Source of the DNA: a virus
Taxonomy: Duplodnaviria; Caudoviricetes
IMG/VR virus record: IMGVR_UViG_3300036987_000310
Span: 96,001-160,000 of that record
Strand: one strand, 5' to 3'
Length of the DNA: 64,000 bases
In this document: positions 16,890 through 26,291 of the stretch, piece after piece
Numbering within the stretch: the stretch's first letter is position 1
Layout of the letters: the number at the start of each line of letters is the position of its first letter
The notes under the pieces: generated by a model
What the model was told of the DNA's origin: nothing
What the model saw: only the letters and a program-made list of their open reading frames with translations
Databases searched by the model: none
Made by a program: the position numbers and the translations under genes

Positions 16890-17282
16890 TTACACGCGGG
16901 GCGGCCGAATTTCCGACAGCTCTCGAAGCTTATTGACCCAGTCAAACCCGAGGTTTGTCTTTTCTGCCGCCCCTTTATAGTCAAGCTTTTCCGGACCAGT
17001 CCACACTATGGTTGCCGCCATGTCGCTGGTGAAAATCCACCACACCAGTCTCTTCCCTAAAGCCGCTTCGATCGCGGCGAACGTGGTCAAATCAGTGTGA
17101 GACGGTTGTGGGACTCCAGAGCCCGGGTGGGTGTGTGCGAATCCAGCGACGGCGTCGCGGTTTCCCCAGATGACGTCCCACAAGCTTCTGCTGTCTGGCA
17201 AAGCGCCAACGTTCCTGTCGTTCGGAGCATGCCAGTACATGACTTTCCCGTCGTTGTTTACGACAGCCCCCGCTTCTTTCAT
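16890..17282 (-). CDS. JAB/MPN+ metallopeptidase
   Basis: GFAHTHPGSGVPQPSHTD = HxH-x7-S-x2-D JAMM motif. Confidence 0.85.
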   Translation of the reverse strand: MKEAGAVVNNDGKVMYWHAPNDRNVGALPDSRSLWDVIWGNRDAVAGFAHTHPGSGVPQPSHTDLTTFAAIEAALGKRLVWWIFTSDMAATIVWTGPEKLDYKGAAEKTNLGFDWVNKLRELSEIRPPRV

Positions 17283-17701
17283 GACATCTCCATTCGCACT
17301 TGCATCAACAACTTCCCAAGCATGTTTTTTCCTTTGCCTGTCTTGGAGTCAACCCCCCAAAATTTGTCCCCCCATGAGTTTCCTTCAACAAGCTCGACGT
17401 CGCCTGTGTCAAGAAGCTGCTGACGAAGACCAGGGTCTGAGAATTTTTCTCGCAAAAGATCCAACATGACTCTGATTTTTACGTTCTCCCAATCTTTCCT
17501 GAGAGTCGCTCCTCGTCCGAGTTTTTTAGCTTCGCCTGCCGTTTTAGCCATCCTGATCTTTGACCGTTCGACAGGGCTGAGCGTTTTTGCTGCTTGGTAT
17601 GCATGCTCCACAGTTCGAAATGAGACGCCATCGTAAAAAACTCGACTGTCGTAAAAATTTGACAAAAACGCATGCTCGTTGAAAAACTTGTCGATTTTCA
17701 T
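17279..17701 (-). CDS. NADAR (YbiA/DUF1768) family protein
   Basis: FLSNFY, TVEHAYQAAK, KF..L..LL.TG..ELVE, DKFWG, GKNMLGKLLM. Confidence 0.92.
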   Translation of the reverse strand: MKIDKFFNEHAFLSNFYDSRVFYDGVSFRTVEHAYQAAKTLSPVERSKIRMAKTAGEAKKLGRGATLRKDWENVKIRVMLDLLREKFSDPGLRQQLLDTGDVELVEGNSWGDKFWGVDSKTGKGKNMLGKLLMQVRMEMS

Positions 17702-17889
17702 TGGCTCATGACTTCCATGACTGGATGACGACTAATGCACACCCAACAAACGCGTTGCCCATCAATATTTCCGCTCTGGACTCTTCCAGAGTGCATATGA
17801 CTTTTCGGAAGCCACCACATGCGAATCTTCTTACACCTAGGGCATCTTTTGTGCCTCGGACGCTTTCTGTTCTTCGCTCGCTTCTTCAT
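17698..17889 (-). CDS. Zn-finger-like hypothetical protein, ends MEVMSQ
   Basis: CPRC..CWVC. Confidence 0.55.
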   Translation of the reverse strand: MKKRAKNRKRPRHKRCPRCKKIRMWWLPKSHMHSGRVQSGNIDGQRVCWVCISRHPVMEVMSQ

Positions 17890-17895
17890 CTGCGC

Positions 17896-18168
17896 TTACT
17901 TATCTTCTGGTTCATTCATGGGCACATATGGCTCGTATCCTTCTCGCCTGTTGTGCTCCTGCATGGCTTCCACCCAAGAGCCTGCCTCAAATTCATATAG
18001 CAGTTCTGACTCCGGACTCATGAAGCCCTGTTCAATCATCTTTTTAGCGTTTTCCTCGGTCGTGAGCTGGACGCCGCCTTCCTCCCCGTCCAAAGCATAG
18101 ATAAAGTTGTGGCAGACGAACTTGACTAGCCCTTTGGCGTTGTGCGGCCAGTATGGGACGTCGGACAT
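17896..18168 (-). CDS. Hypothetical protein
   Basis: Co-oriented ORF. Confidence 0.55.
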   Translation of the reverse strand: MSDVPYWPHNAKGLVKFVCHNFIYALDGEEGGVQLTTEENAKKMIEQGFMSPESELLYEFEAGSWVEAMQEHNRREGYEPYVPMNEPEDK

Positions 18169-18234
18169 TGCTTTAGCTTTCTTTACATGTCGACATGTTC
18201 ATTTCGCCGACGCTACAAACATCGTTAAGTTGGT

Positions 18235-18540
18235 TCATGACGACTGCACCTCGTCGACTACAATTAGATTCATGGCGTCTTTAACCGACACCTCGACAAG
18301 AGCTTTCCAGATTGTTGCATTAATCACCACGCGTGTTTTATGCTCTTCGCACCGAAACACGGTTAGCGTGCCTCCGGGGCGAAGAAAAGCACGCGTTGCT
18401 GGTTTTCCGCACTTAACGCCAGCGCGCGATCCGCTTTTTTTGTGCGGAAAATGGCCACAAACCGGCAATTTCACCGCCCTATGACTTTTACGACCTGTCA
18501 CTCGACTTCCTCGAATGCTCCTAAAGCGTTCCTTTTCCAT
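18235..18540 (-). CDS. Hypothetical protein (true start probably downstream), ends DEVQSS
   Basis: CG..C..C.EH zinc motif. Confidence 0.45.
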   Translation of the reverse strand: MEKERFRSIRGSRVTGRKSHRAVKLPVCGHFPHKKSGSRAGVKCGKPATRAFLRPGGTLTVFRCEEHKTRVVINATIWKALVEVSVKDAMNLIVVDEVQSS

Positions 18541-18725
18541 TCGCGGCCTAAATCTTTAGATACGATTCTCACTATATCTTTGTGGTCGTGTTCTATATCC
18601 GAAAGCCAAACATCAACCTGGTATTCGGAATCGACGCGAACGCTTCCGGCGTGGGTGGGGCCGCCCGGCCCGTGCTTTTCGCCTGGCCCGGCCGGGGTGT
18701 CGTCATGGAGCTCAAGTTCGATCAT
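18498..18725 (-). CDS. Hypothetical protein
   Basis: Co-oriented ORF. Confidence 0.5.
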   Translation of the reverse strand: MIELELHDDTPAGPGEKHGPGGPTHAGSVRVDSEYQVDVWLSDIEHDHKDIVRIVSKDLGREWKRNALGAFEEVE

Positions 18726-18918
18726 TGGATTTCGCTTTCAACCAACTTTCAGCTTCGTCGCCGATTCCTTGTTTTCTCGCCCATTCTTTTAAACTTTGAT
18801 CGGTTCCAGACTTCTTCCAACGTCGAACCATGCTGCGCCGCGCCTTTTTCCCGATGCCCTTATACCCTTCATTCATTGCGCCCTCACACGGGTGGTTGCC
18901 AGCAAAAGTGCTGGCCGA

Positions 18919-19167
18919 TCATGACCTCGAAGAGTGTGGACCGTGAACTGCGGAGTTCACGACTTCACCTCCGCTGCTGAATGGCGTCGAGTTATACCTG
19001 ACAACGCCGTTTGCATCTGAGAATTTGTGAACGGTGAACGAGCTCGTGTTTTCCAGAGCTTCTTTCACCTTGTCCACTGTGGACCCGATTTCGCCGGATA
19101 TCTCTTCAAGAGTCCCAGCGCCGTGGAAACAAAAATGTTTGCGCAGTTTAATTTCCAAGTCTTTCAT
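18919..19167 (-). CDS. Hypothetical protein (possible winged HTH)
   Basis: TLEEISGEIGSTVDKVKEAL. Confidence 0.45.
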   Translation of the reverse strand: MKDLEIKLRKHFCFHGAGTLEEISGEIGSTVDKVKEALENTSSFTVHKFSDANGVVRYNSTPFSSGGEVVNSAVHGPHSSRS

Positions 19168-19168
19168 T

Positions 19169-19471
19169 TCAACAGTCCTTTGGAAGCCTGTTTAAAATCT
19201 CATCCAGAGAGCGGTTTAGCTCTTGGACCCTGTCTTCCAAGGTCTCGTTCAAAAGATGTTGCTCAATCGCCCCAGCCACAGCTGGCTTTTCACATATTTT
19301 TTCAAATCTTTCAAAGTCTGCAATAATGTTTTTGAAAAGATTTGAAACTGCAGTGTTTCGGGCTTTCCCTTGCAACTTTTTCAGACCTTCAAATTCGGAT
19401 CGATACTGACTAGAATTTTTCCAAGTTATGCTTTCGTTGACGTCTTTAATCCACATGGCGATACACCACAA
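19169..19471 (-). CDS. Hypothetical protein
   Basis: Co-oriented ORF. Confidence 0.5.
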   Translation of the reverse strand: MWCIAMWIKDVNESITWKNSSQYRSEFEGLKKLQGKARNTAVSNLFKNIIADFERFEKICEKPAVAGAIEQHLLNETLEDRVQELNRSLDEILNRLPKDC

Positions 19472-20387
19472 GCTTTCCGAGCTTCTCAGCTTCTCGAATC
19501 ACAGCCGGCAAAGACTCTAGCGTGAAGTACGTGTCCCCTCGCTCGTTAGTGTCATGATCTGTTAAGCAAATGCCGGCATCGACTATTTGCAAAGTCATGG
19601 CATCGCAGGTGCACTCAAATCGACGCCGATCCAAGCGAAACTTCACTACCATTTCAGCTCGGTGAATCGCCCGCCTATGATCAAGGTATATAGCACCACC
19701 AACGGCCAGAGCGGCTCTTGCCGCCTCTCCGAAATCGTGCTGGGCCATTTGGCGCCTTCCAACCCCATCCCCGAGTTTTTCGATGAGCTGCAATCGGCGT
19801 TCTTCCAAACGTCGACGCTCTTCTTCTTCCAAACGCCTACGCTCTGCCTCAACCCGCCTACGCTCTGCCTCAACCCGCTGCCACGTTTCCATTCGAAACG
19901 CTGCGTCTAAAGCAGGAGCCACGCCCGGAACGTCATCGACTGACAACTTCTCGTCCAGGTATGCTTGGAGCACGTCGTCCTCGGGTCCGAGGGGCATCTC
20001 CTGACACTTGTACACCAGAGGCCCGCCCTCATGGGTTCGACCTGACGAAATGCGAACGAAGCGGTCAAGGCCTGGCTCTATGAGCCAGACGCGCTCCGAG
20101 TGACTAGTTATTTTGGCCGGGTCGGAATCGACTCTCGCGTCATCTGCCACAAGCCGGTCTCCAACCAGATACCCGCAAACAAGATATTTCAGAAGATCCG
20201 GAACCGGATCTGTTTGCGCAAACAGCTTAGCTTTCCTTCCAGAAATCGAAAAAATGTTCCACCCGTGCTCTTCCGGAAGCTTCCCGTCCAGGGACCAAGC
20301 TCGAGGCCCTGATCGCAGAGACCTACCTCCAATCCAAGGGAGTGTTATGGTTTCATCTCCTGACTGAAGAAGGTCGCGCCAGCCCAT
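19446..20387 (-). CDS. Conserved protein; candidate E2-like conjugating enzyme
   Basis: 313 aa; C-terminal DAGICL resembles the G.ICL catalytic segment of E2 enzymes; same strand as E1/Ubl/JAB; fold not confirmed. Confidence 0.4.
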   Translation of the reverse strand: MGWRDLLQSGDETITLPWIGGRSLRSGPRAWSLDGKLPEEHGWNIFSISGRKAKLFAQTDPVPDLLKYLVCGYLVGDRLVADDARVDSDPAKITSHSERVWLIEPGLDRFVRISSGRTHEGGPLVYKCQEMPLGPEDDVLQAYLDEKLSVDDVPGVAPALDAAFRMETWQRVEAERRRVEAERRRLEEEERRRLEERRLQLIEKLGDGVGRRQMAQHDFGEAARAALAVGGAIYLDHRRAIHRAEMVVKFRLDRRRFECTCDAMTLQIVDAGICLTDHDTNERGDTYFTLESLPAVIREAEKLGKLVVYRHVD

Positions 20388-20422
20388 GTTGTTGGTTACA
20401 TCAACAACATAGCGATTTACGG

Positions 20423-20902
20423 CTATGAGTTCATTATGTCCGGGACAAGCTTTTCTCGTTCAATTAACCCCTCGCATCTGTTTGCTGGATCGGGAAACAG
20501 CGGAGTACACCCGAGCCCTGTGTACTCATGGAAGCAAACCATGACTTTCGGCAATGCGGAGTACGTAACTTTCAAACCGTTTCCACCGTTTGCTTTTAAG
20601 TTTGGATGAGTGCACTGAGTCCCTTCGCGATTCATGCAGTTTCCGCACAAAAGCATGAATTTCCCGGGGCCGCCGCGCCCCCACGGGATTTCTCTGTACA
20701 ATCTCTCATGATCGTTTATGACTTTCTCACATGCCTTGCTTCTGCAGGTCACGAGAATCTTTTCGGGGTCGATGCTGTCATCTTCTCTGCATTCCCACCA
20801 CATAGTGAACTCGCAAATGTCATCTTTTTCAAATCCGCACAGCTGACATCGTTTAAAAACGCTTAGCGGAAGCGCGCCATCGGACAGACTTTCCATCACC
20901 AC
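20423..20902 (-). CDS. Cys-rich hypothetical protein, ends PDIMNS
   Basis: Multiple CxxC. Confidence 0.6.
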   Translation of the reverse strand: MVMESLSDGALPLSVFKRCQLCGFEKDDICEFTMWWECREDDSIDPEKILVTCRSKACEKVINDHERLYREIPWGRGGPGKFMLLCGNCMNREGTQCTHPNLKANGGNGLKVTYSALPKVMVCFHEYTGLGCTPLFPDPANRCEGLIEREKLVPDIMNS

Positions 20903-20948
20903 TCCTTTTCACATATCCGTCGAGCAATGACATTGGCGAACCTTCGGG

Positions 20949-21401
20949 TCATTTGTGGCAACAAAAACCTTTATCGTCGCCATAGTGCCCACAATGCCGC
21001 AAAGTTGTGCACACTACCCACACCTGACGAACAACCTGATACTTCTTGTTCGTCACATCGATCAAACACGGAACTTCGTCAGCCGTTAAGTTACCGCGGC
21101 AGTCCACATTCGCTCCGTAGATATGCCCTTCGTTGCCGCTGGCCATCCACAGCACTCGGTGCGCGTAATCGTAAGCATTGTCGACGCTCCAATACATGCA
21201 CACGGGATCGCCAGGAGCCCATCGGGTCATTCTATCGAGGCGCTCACCTTGACTGTTTAGACCGACTCCGCACGACATCGGGTCGACAATCGTGGACACG
21301 GCGTCCATCAGTTGGTCTTGGTTTTCTCCAAACCCGAACAAAATCAAGACGGATGCCCAAAACATCACGCTCGCCCCCGATTTTCTTCTGATTCTAACCA
21401 T
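20949..21401 (-). CDS. Hypothetical protein with N-terminal signal/TM segment
   Basis: VMFWASVLILFGFG. Confidence 0.5.
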   Translation of the reverse strand: MVRIRRKSGASVMFWASVLILFGFGENQDQLMDAVSTIVDPMSCGVGLNSQGERLDRMTRWAPGDPVCMYWSVDNAYDYAHRVLWMASGNEGHIYGANVDCRGNLTADEVPCLIDVTNKKYQVVRQVWVVCTTLRHCGHYGDDKGFCCHK

Positions 21402-22330
21402 TCTTCAGAGCTTGCCTGTCGGGAATCGTCGTCCACAGCTTTCAAAACTTCCATCGGGTCTATCTCGTCCAGCATCTTCACCCGAACTTTTTTCCTCGTC
21501 TCGTTCAAAACTTTGGTGGACGGGCAAAAGCAATCGTCGAGCTTTTTCTTAGCCGAGACAATTGCTTGAACGCTTTCCGACATTTCTGTCGTCGATTTGG
21601 CAGTCGGAACCACAGCCATTCTCACCCGCCTTGCGTCGTCTGTTAGCTTGAGATAGTCGGAGCTCACTTTTTCCATACTCCGGTTTTCTTCGGTGAGAAA
21701 ATCTCTCGTGTTTACATAAACTATCGAGAACCATGCGGCGATGATGACAATGGATGCCAAAACTCCCCAAAAGAACATGGAGCCATGGCTCCATCCGATG
21801 GACAAAAGATACAAAGCTGTTGGCAATAAGCCCAACCACGAGATTGTCATGATGCCGCCTCTGGCATACTTGTTTATCGAGCGTCGATCTTTGAGCTTGT
21901 CGCTAAGCTCTGACGCGGTTTCCGCCAGAGCTCCAGTTTCGGACTCCAACTCTCTCAGATATGCGACGTATGCCAGTTTGCGCTCTCTGTTGGGCTTTTC
22001 AGCGTTCAATTTTTCCAATGCTTCCGCCTGGCATTTTTTGCCGAGCTCTTCTTCCACCTCTTTCCTTATTTGCGGTTTTAGTTCTTTTCTTACCTCTGGG
22101 ATAACTTCTTCCTTAACAGAAGCTTTCAACCCTTCGGAAACGATTGCAAGAAACCTCTTGTCTTCCCTTAGGTTTTTTTCGATCACAGCCCTCAAACGGT
22201 TTTGTTCTACGAGGCTGCTTCTGAGCTGAACATAGTCGCTGCGAGTCAGCTTATACTTTTTAGCTTCTTCAAGTTCACGAACAGTGAGCTGCTGGATTTC
22301 GTTATTGATTTGCGATCCGTTCAGTGCCAT
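21365..22330 (-). CDS. Coiled-coil membrane protein (two TM segments)
   Basis: IMTISWLGLLPTALYLL and MFFWGVLASIVIIAAWFSIVYV. Confidence 0.7.
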   Translation of the reverse strand: MALNGSQINNEIQQLTVRELEEAKKYKLTRSDYVQLRSSLVEQNRLRAVIEKNLREDKRFLAIVSEGLKASVKEEVIPEVRKELKPQIRKEVEEELGKKCQAEALEKLNAEKPNRERKLAYVAYLRELESETGALAETASELSDKLKDRRSINKYARGGIMTISWLGLLPTALYLLSIGWSHGSMFFWGVLASIVIIAAWFSIVYVNTRDFLTEENRSMEKVSSDYLKLTDDARRVRMAVVPTAKSTTEMSESVQAIVSAKKKLDDCFCPSTKVLNETRKKVRVKMLDEIDPMEVLKAVDDDSRQASSEEWLESEENRGRA

Positions 22331-22334
22331 GGCT

Positions 22335-22676
22335 TCACAACCTGTGACCGAATGTTTTTTCCGTCATTAAATTTGTTACCAGCGCAGCATTGCAGTCTTC
22401 GGGCGTTCCAGAGTTTTCAAGGTCCCCGCGTTCCGGGGTTTTGCATACGTGGTTGCCGGTGCGACTGCAGATGGTCCACGTTTCGCTACCGCATACTGAG
22501 CACTGCCACAACTTCGTGTCGTTATGCAAAACTTTGACGAAACGCCAATCGTGTTTTGTTTTGATTTCTTCGTAAGAAATGGGAACGACGACCTCTTGAG
22601 CCTCTCCGTCCTGTTCAAAGTTCAGGAGAGCATCATATCTGTTCAAGAGGTCGTCGTGTTTGGTCATGCGGCCCAA
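22335..22676 (-). CDS. Hypothetical Zn-finger protein
   Basis: CSVC..C..HVC. Confidence 0.5.
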   Translation of the reverse strand: MGRMTKHDDLLNRYDALLNFEQDGEAQEVVVPISYEEIKTKHDWRFVKVLHNDTKLWQCSVCGSETWTICSRTGNHVCKTPERGDLENSGTPEDCNAALVTNLMTEKTFGHRL

Positions 22677-24550
22677 GTGGGTTTGCAGAGAAGATCTTGC
22701 TTCAATATGGTATCAACGAGCGTGACGCGCGGAACCGCGACAGCCCGAGCCGTCGCGCCGACTGGAGTTGCTGCGACGAGCGCACGAATCGTACGAGGAA
22801 TCGCGTACGGATCTGCGAATGTTGCTTCGTCAATCATGAAGCATGGAATCCCGAGTCGGGCCGCGGTGTCGCGAACTGCGGACCCATACCCTCCTAAGTT
22901 GACGACTCCGTACATCATGCCTCCTCCAACCTTCACAAAGCCGAAAGCCATGGGGCGAAGTTCGGACGTGTTGACGTCATTCTCAAACGACGACGCTTGT
23001 TCATCTCCAACAAAGATGAACAAGCTGTCTTCGTCGTCGCCAGGCTTGTGGGCCTTCAAGGCGCGGATCCCGGCTCCATAGTCGGTTCCGCCTCCAGCGC
23101 GAATGCCCTTGAAGGCGTTCTCCACTCCAGCTGCAGAGGGGTGGCGGATCTGAAGCTCGCGCCCCTGCGTGTTGAAAATGGACACGTGCACTTTGTCCGG
23201 CGGGAACCCCTGAAGGAATTTTGCGACGTGAGATTTGGCAGCCTCAATCGCATTTTCCATCGACCCAGAGACGTCCACCATGAAGTACACGCGCATGCCC
23301 TTCATAGTTTCTTCGACCGCCTTTTGCAGAGCCCCGTCGGCTGCTTCTTGCAGCTTTTCCTGAGTCTCCTTAGACTTGACGCGGTTGGCGATGTTGGCCG
23401 CCCGCATGTCTTCAGCGTTTTTGACAGCTTTGTTCCACCTGTCTTTGACGTCTTGGACCTCTAGCAGCCCAAGCTCCTCGAGAGTCGGCGTGTAGATGAT
23501 CAAGTCCTTGTCGGACAGAGACTTGGCTTCAATTGCTGCGGCCATGACGGCGCGCGTGACCCCGACCTCTTTCGGAAGAAGTCCGACGACCCGCTTGAAA
23601 TTCGGCTTTTCACGAACGATCTTTTCGCAGATCTGTTCTTCCGTCATTCCTTCCCAAGTTTCGGCTGCAGCCATTTCCTGACCGATTGCGAGCTGGCGCC
23701 TGCCGTCTTTTGCCTGCGCCTGCTTCCAGCGCAGAATCTCAAAGAATTTCGTCGTTTCAGGCTTATATCCGACGCAACGCGAAAGCTCCATGACAGTGGA
23801 TCGGAAGCCTGCTTTCACGAGGCCTTCGAGAAGCTTCGTGTTCTGCTCTCGATGTCTCAGCCACTTCTCCACGGCCTTGTCCCATCGGCCGTAAAATGGC
23901 CGACGAGCTGACCTCCCAAATCCAAGCTCGCGATTGACAGCCGCCACCCCTGGAAGGGAAAGCAGATCGTGGACGCGCAAGAGAAGCTTCGGATTGAAGT
24001 CCTTTCCGTCCTTGCGAGAAAGAAGAAGCATGGCCTCGCCAACGTCACGATAGTCTTCATCGTAAAATGCGACTTTTCCGCCGTCGACAACCGAGTCCCC
24101 CTTGCGGGACTGGCACAGCATGAACGCAGCCAGAACAACTTTCAAGTCGCGATGCTCCTGACCGAAAGCATACGACGCCCACCGAGCTGCGAATTCGTTG
24201 TCGAGCTTCCAGACTTCGGCGACTTGCGTGTACATCCAAACTGCCACTTCCGGAAACAGGCCGGCCGGCCTATACTCCCCAACGATGTTCGCGCCTTCTT
24301 TCACTTTCCCATCATCTTGAAGAACGCCTAGACGAGTGCGCACAGACTTCTTTCCCTGCTTGGAAAGCTTGTACACAATTTTTTGCTTCGGATCGCCTTC
24401 TTCTTTGTGGGTGACAGGTTCCCATCTGACGCCGACGTTGAAACGGTTATCGGCGACTACGATGCCAGGGCGGTTGTGGACCGCGTGGTCCGTGTAGCCG
24501 AGAAGCGTTTGAATAATTCTCTCTGCCGGTCCTAGATTTTCTTTGTCCAT
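22664..24550 (-). CDS. TROVE/Ro60-like helical domain plus vWA (MIDAS) domain protein
   Basis: C-terminal YFMVDVSGSM, GGGTD, IFVGDE MIDAS; helical N-region with GFRSTVMELSRCVGYKP resembling the Ro60 GW.H.DLLRL.H.KP segment. Confidence 0.65.
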   Translation of the reverse strand: MDKENLGPAERIIQTLLGYTDHAVHNRPGIVVADNRFNVGVRWEPVTHKEEGDPKQKIVYKLSKQGKKSVRTRLGVLQDDGKVKEGANIVGEYRPAGLFPEVAVWMYTQVAEVWKLDNEFAARWASYAFGQEHRDLKVVLAAFMLCQSRKGDSVVDGGKVAFYDEDYRDVGEAMLLLSRKDGKDFNPKLLLRVHDLLSLPGVAAVNRELGFGRSARRPFYGRWDKAVEKWLRHREQNTKLLEGLVKAGFRSTVMELSRCVGYKPETTKFFEILRWKQAQAKDGRRQLAIGQEMAAAETWEGMTEEQICEKIVREKPNFKRVVGLLPKEVGVTRAVMAAAIEAKSLSDKDLIIYTPTLEELGLLEVQDVKDRWNKAVKNAEDMRAANIANRVKSKETQEKLQEAADGALQKAVEETMKGMRVYFMVDVSGSMENAIEAAKSHVAKFLQGFPPDKVHVSIFNTQGRELQIRHPSAAGVENAFKGIRAGGGTDYGAGIRALKAHKPGDDEDSLFIFVGDEQASSFENDVNTSELRPMAFGFVKVGGGMMYGVVNLGGYGSAVRDTAARLGIPCFMIDEATFADPYAIPRTIRALVAATPVGATARAVAVPRVTLVDTILKQDLLCKPTWAA

Positions 24551-24649
24551 AGTCTTCGTCTCCCAAGCCCGCGCTGGGCGGGCGAGTCATGCCGGGTTTA
24601 CACTCGGCAGGTTTGAATTTCCGCTAAACGTTTTTTGTCAAAGATTTGC

Positions 24650-24973
24650 ATGGCCCCAGATCAACTCGCCGCTGCCCTGCGCGCTGTTGCCGCAAAGATT
24701 GACAACTCCAAAGAGCCTTCAAAGGAGCTCGTGGCGGATGCCATAAAGCATTTGATCGCAGGGGTGGAAAAAGTGGACATCGCCCCGCCTTTTGTCACGC
24801 CCGCAGAAGATGCCGGGGTTGTCACGAATCCCGAAACGAGGGTTAACAATCCCGTAAACCCACCATCTCCAATTAAGCGGCAAGAGCCTTGCGACCATTA
24901 TCGCTTGGTCAGGGAAGGTGGTCGGTGTCCTAACTGTGGAGAATACTTCAAACCGAATTTCGGCAATTTCTGA
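24650..24973 (+). CDS. Hypothetical protein with shared N-terminal P.QL...L..IA.KID.S..PS.ELVA motif
   Basis: Paralogous N-terminus with 30844 and 56811 ORFs. Confidence 0.65.
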   Translation: MAPDQLAAALRAVAAKIDNSKEPSKELVADAIKHLIAGVEKVDIAPPFVTPAEDAGVVTNPETRVNNPVNPPSPIKRQEPCDHYRLVREGGRCPNCGEYFKPNFGNF

Positions 24974-25077
24974 TCATGAGTTTGGCTGGCGAATGGAGAC
25001 GCCAGATTCGAACTGGAGCCGGATTTGCTACCTGTGCCTCGCCGTGTCGAGGACTCGTCTTCATTCGCCAGCCAAAC

Positions 25078-25584
25078 TCACATCTCCATCATTTCTTCAA
25101 ACTTGAGAATGTTGTCAAGCTCCGCTTCGAAAAAGCAGAATTTGAACGCTATCGCATGAAGCCCGGAGGAACTGGGGAAGTTGCATCTTTCCACAAGCCT
25201 CTTTCTCAAGTGGTCGGGGACATCTTTCCCAACATTGATGAATGACATCATCCCGACTATTTGAAATGACAGCCATGCTTTATCTCCCACAGCTGGGGAC
25301 CCGTCGCTGTTTGTTTTTTCGGGGGGATCGTGGGGCCACCTGAATGAGTGCCCGCACCGGGAACATGCCCACGTGTCTCCTTCAAGCTCCCAATTGTGAT
25401 CTGATTCTTTCAACACATCCACGGTGATTATACCTGAAACCAAACATATGGCACGGACCCAGGAAGCGCGAACCACGCGTCCCGCGGAAGGCAGTATCCG
25501 GCAAGGCCCAAGCCGATTGCCAAGCACATGAAGGCTTCCACCGACCTGTGCTCGCCCCATTGGCTTCCATTTCTGTCGTAGCAC
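25078..25584 (-). CDS. Hypothetical protein (start uncertain), ends EEMMEM
   Basis: CSRC motif; upstream part overlaps the next gene. Confidence 0.45.
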   Translation of the reverse strand: MLRQKWKPMGRAQVGGSLHVLGNRLGPCRILPSAGRVVRASWVRAICLVSGIITVDVLKESDHNWELEGDTWACSRCGHSFRWPHDPPEKTNSDGSPAVGDKAWLSFQIVGMMSFINVGKDVPDHLRKRLVERCNFPSSSGLHAIAFKFCFFEAELDNILKFEEMMEM

Positions 25585-25832
25585 AGTTCCAGGAACGAGG
25601 CCCCATCGCCTTTGCCCCTCATGAACTTGTCTGAAACAATTTCCATCATCAACGCGACGACCGGTTTTCTCAGGGCCTCAAGACGCCCGGGATGCAACGC
25701 GAATGTTCTCACGACGCCTTGCACGATAACGGCGTCTTTCGGAGGCTTCCCGTCAACAACTTCGCTTTCCCGGAACAGGACCCCGTGCTCGTCGTTCACA
25801 TACATGTCTTCCACTCTTTCAGAAAGCTCCAT
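25428..25832 (-). CDS. Hypothetical protein (3' end uncertain relative to neighbour)
   Basis: Conserved-looking WGEHRSVEAFMCLAIGLG segment. Confidence 0.55.
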   Translation of the reverse strand: MELSERVEDMYVNDEHGVLFRESEVVDGKPPKDAVIVQGVVRTFALHPGRLEALRKPVVALMMEIVSDKFMRGKGDGASFLELCYDRNGSQWGEHRSVEAFMCLAIGLGLAGYCLPRDAWFALPGSVPYVWFQV

Positions 25833-26291
25833 TCAGTCCTCCATCGTCACAACGACCAGTCGCATGTTGACCAACGCTGTGATTTGATCTATCGTCATTC
25901 CTGAATCGAATGCTTCGTCAATGGATTTTGTCAACGTTGACAAAATTTGTTGCTGAGTTTTCGGAGCAAATGCGAAAACTGGGTTGTTATCGATTCCCAT
26001 AATCCACGAGTGTTGTGACAACACATCTTCTCGTATCCTTGCATCCGTCAAAGGCTCAATTTTCCACCAAGCTCCGTGGAGCTTTACGGATTCGCCATGG
26101 GGGCGCATCCCAGTGTGATGCGACGTCATGGGCGCCGCAATCCATAGGACCGTCGGCCCTTCGTTCATCACCGTCGCATTCCAGTCACGGAACTCCACTG
26201 GATCGAGGTCAGCAACTTCGTAGTTTTCTTCCCACCATTTTGGAATGGATTGGGATGGCAAACTGTGCAAGAAGCGTTGGGAGCTGCTCAT
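25833..26291 (-). CDS. Hypothetical protein, ends VVTMED
   Basis: ATGA-coupled ORF. Confidence 0.6.
   Translation of the reverse strand: MSSSQRFLHSLPSQSIPKWWEENYEVADLDPVEFRDWNATVMNEGPTVLWIAAPMTSHHTGMRPHGESVKLHGAWWKIEPLTDARIREDVLSQHSWIMGIDNNPVFAFAPKTQQQILSTLTKSIDEAFDSGMTIDQITALVNMRLVVVTMED

Noticed and set aside
19835-19885. 21-bp tandem repeat
   Set aside because: It simply encodes the VEAERRR repeat in a charged helix.
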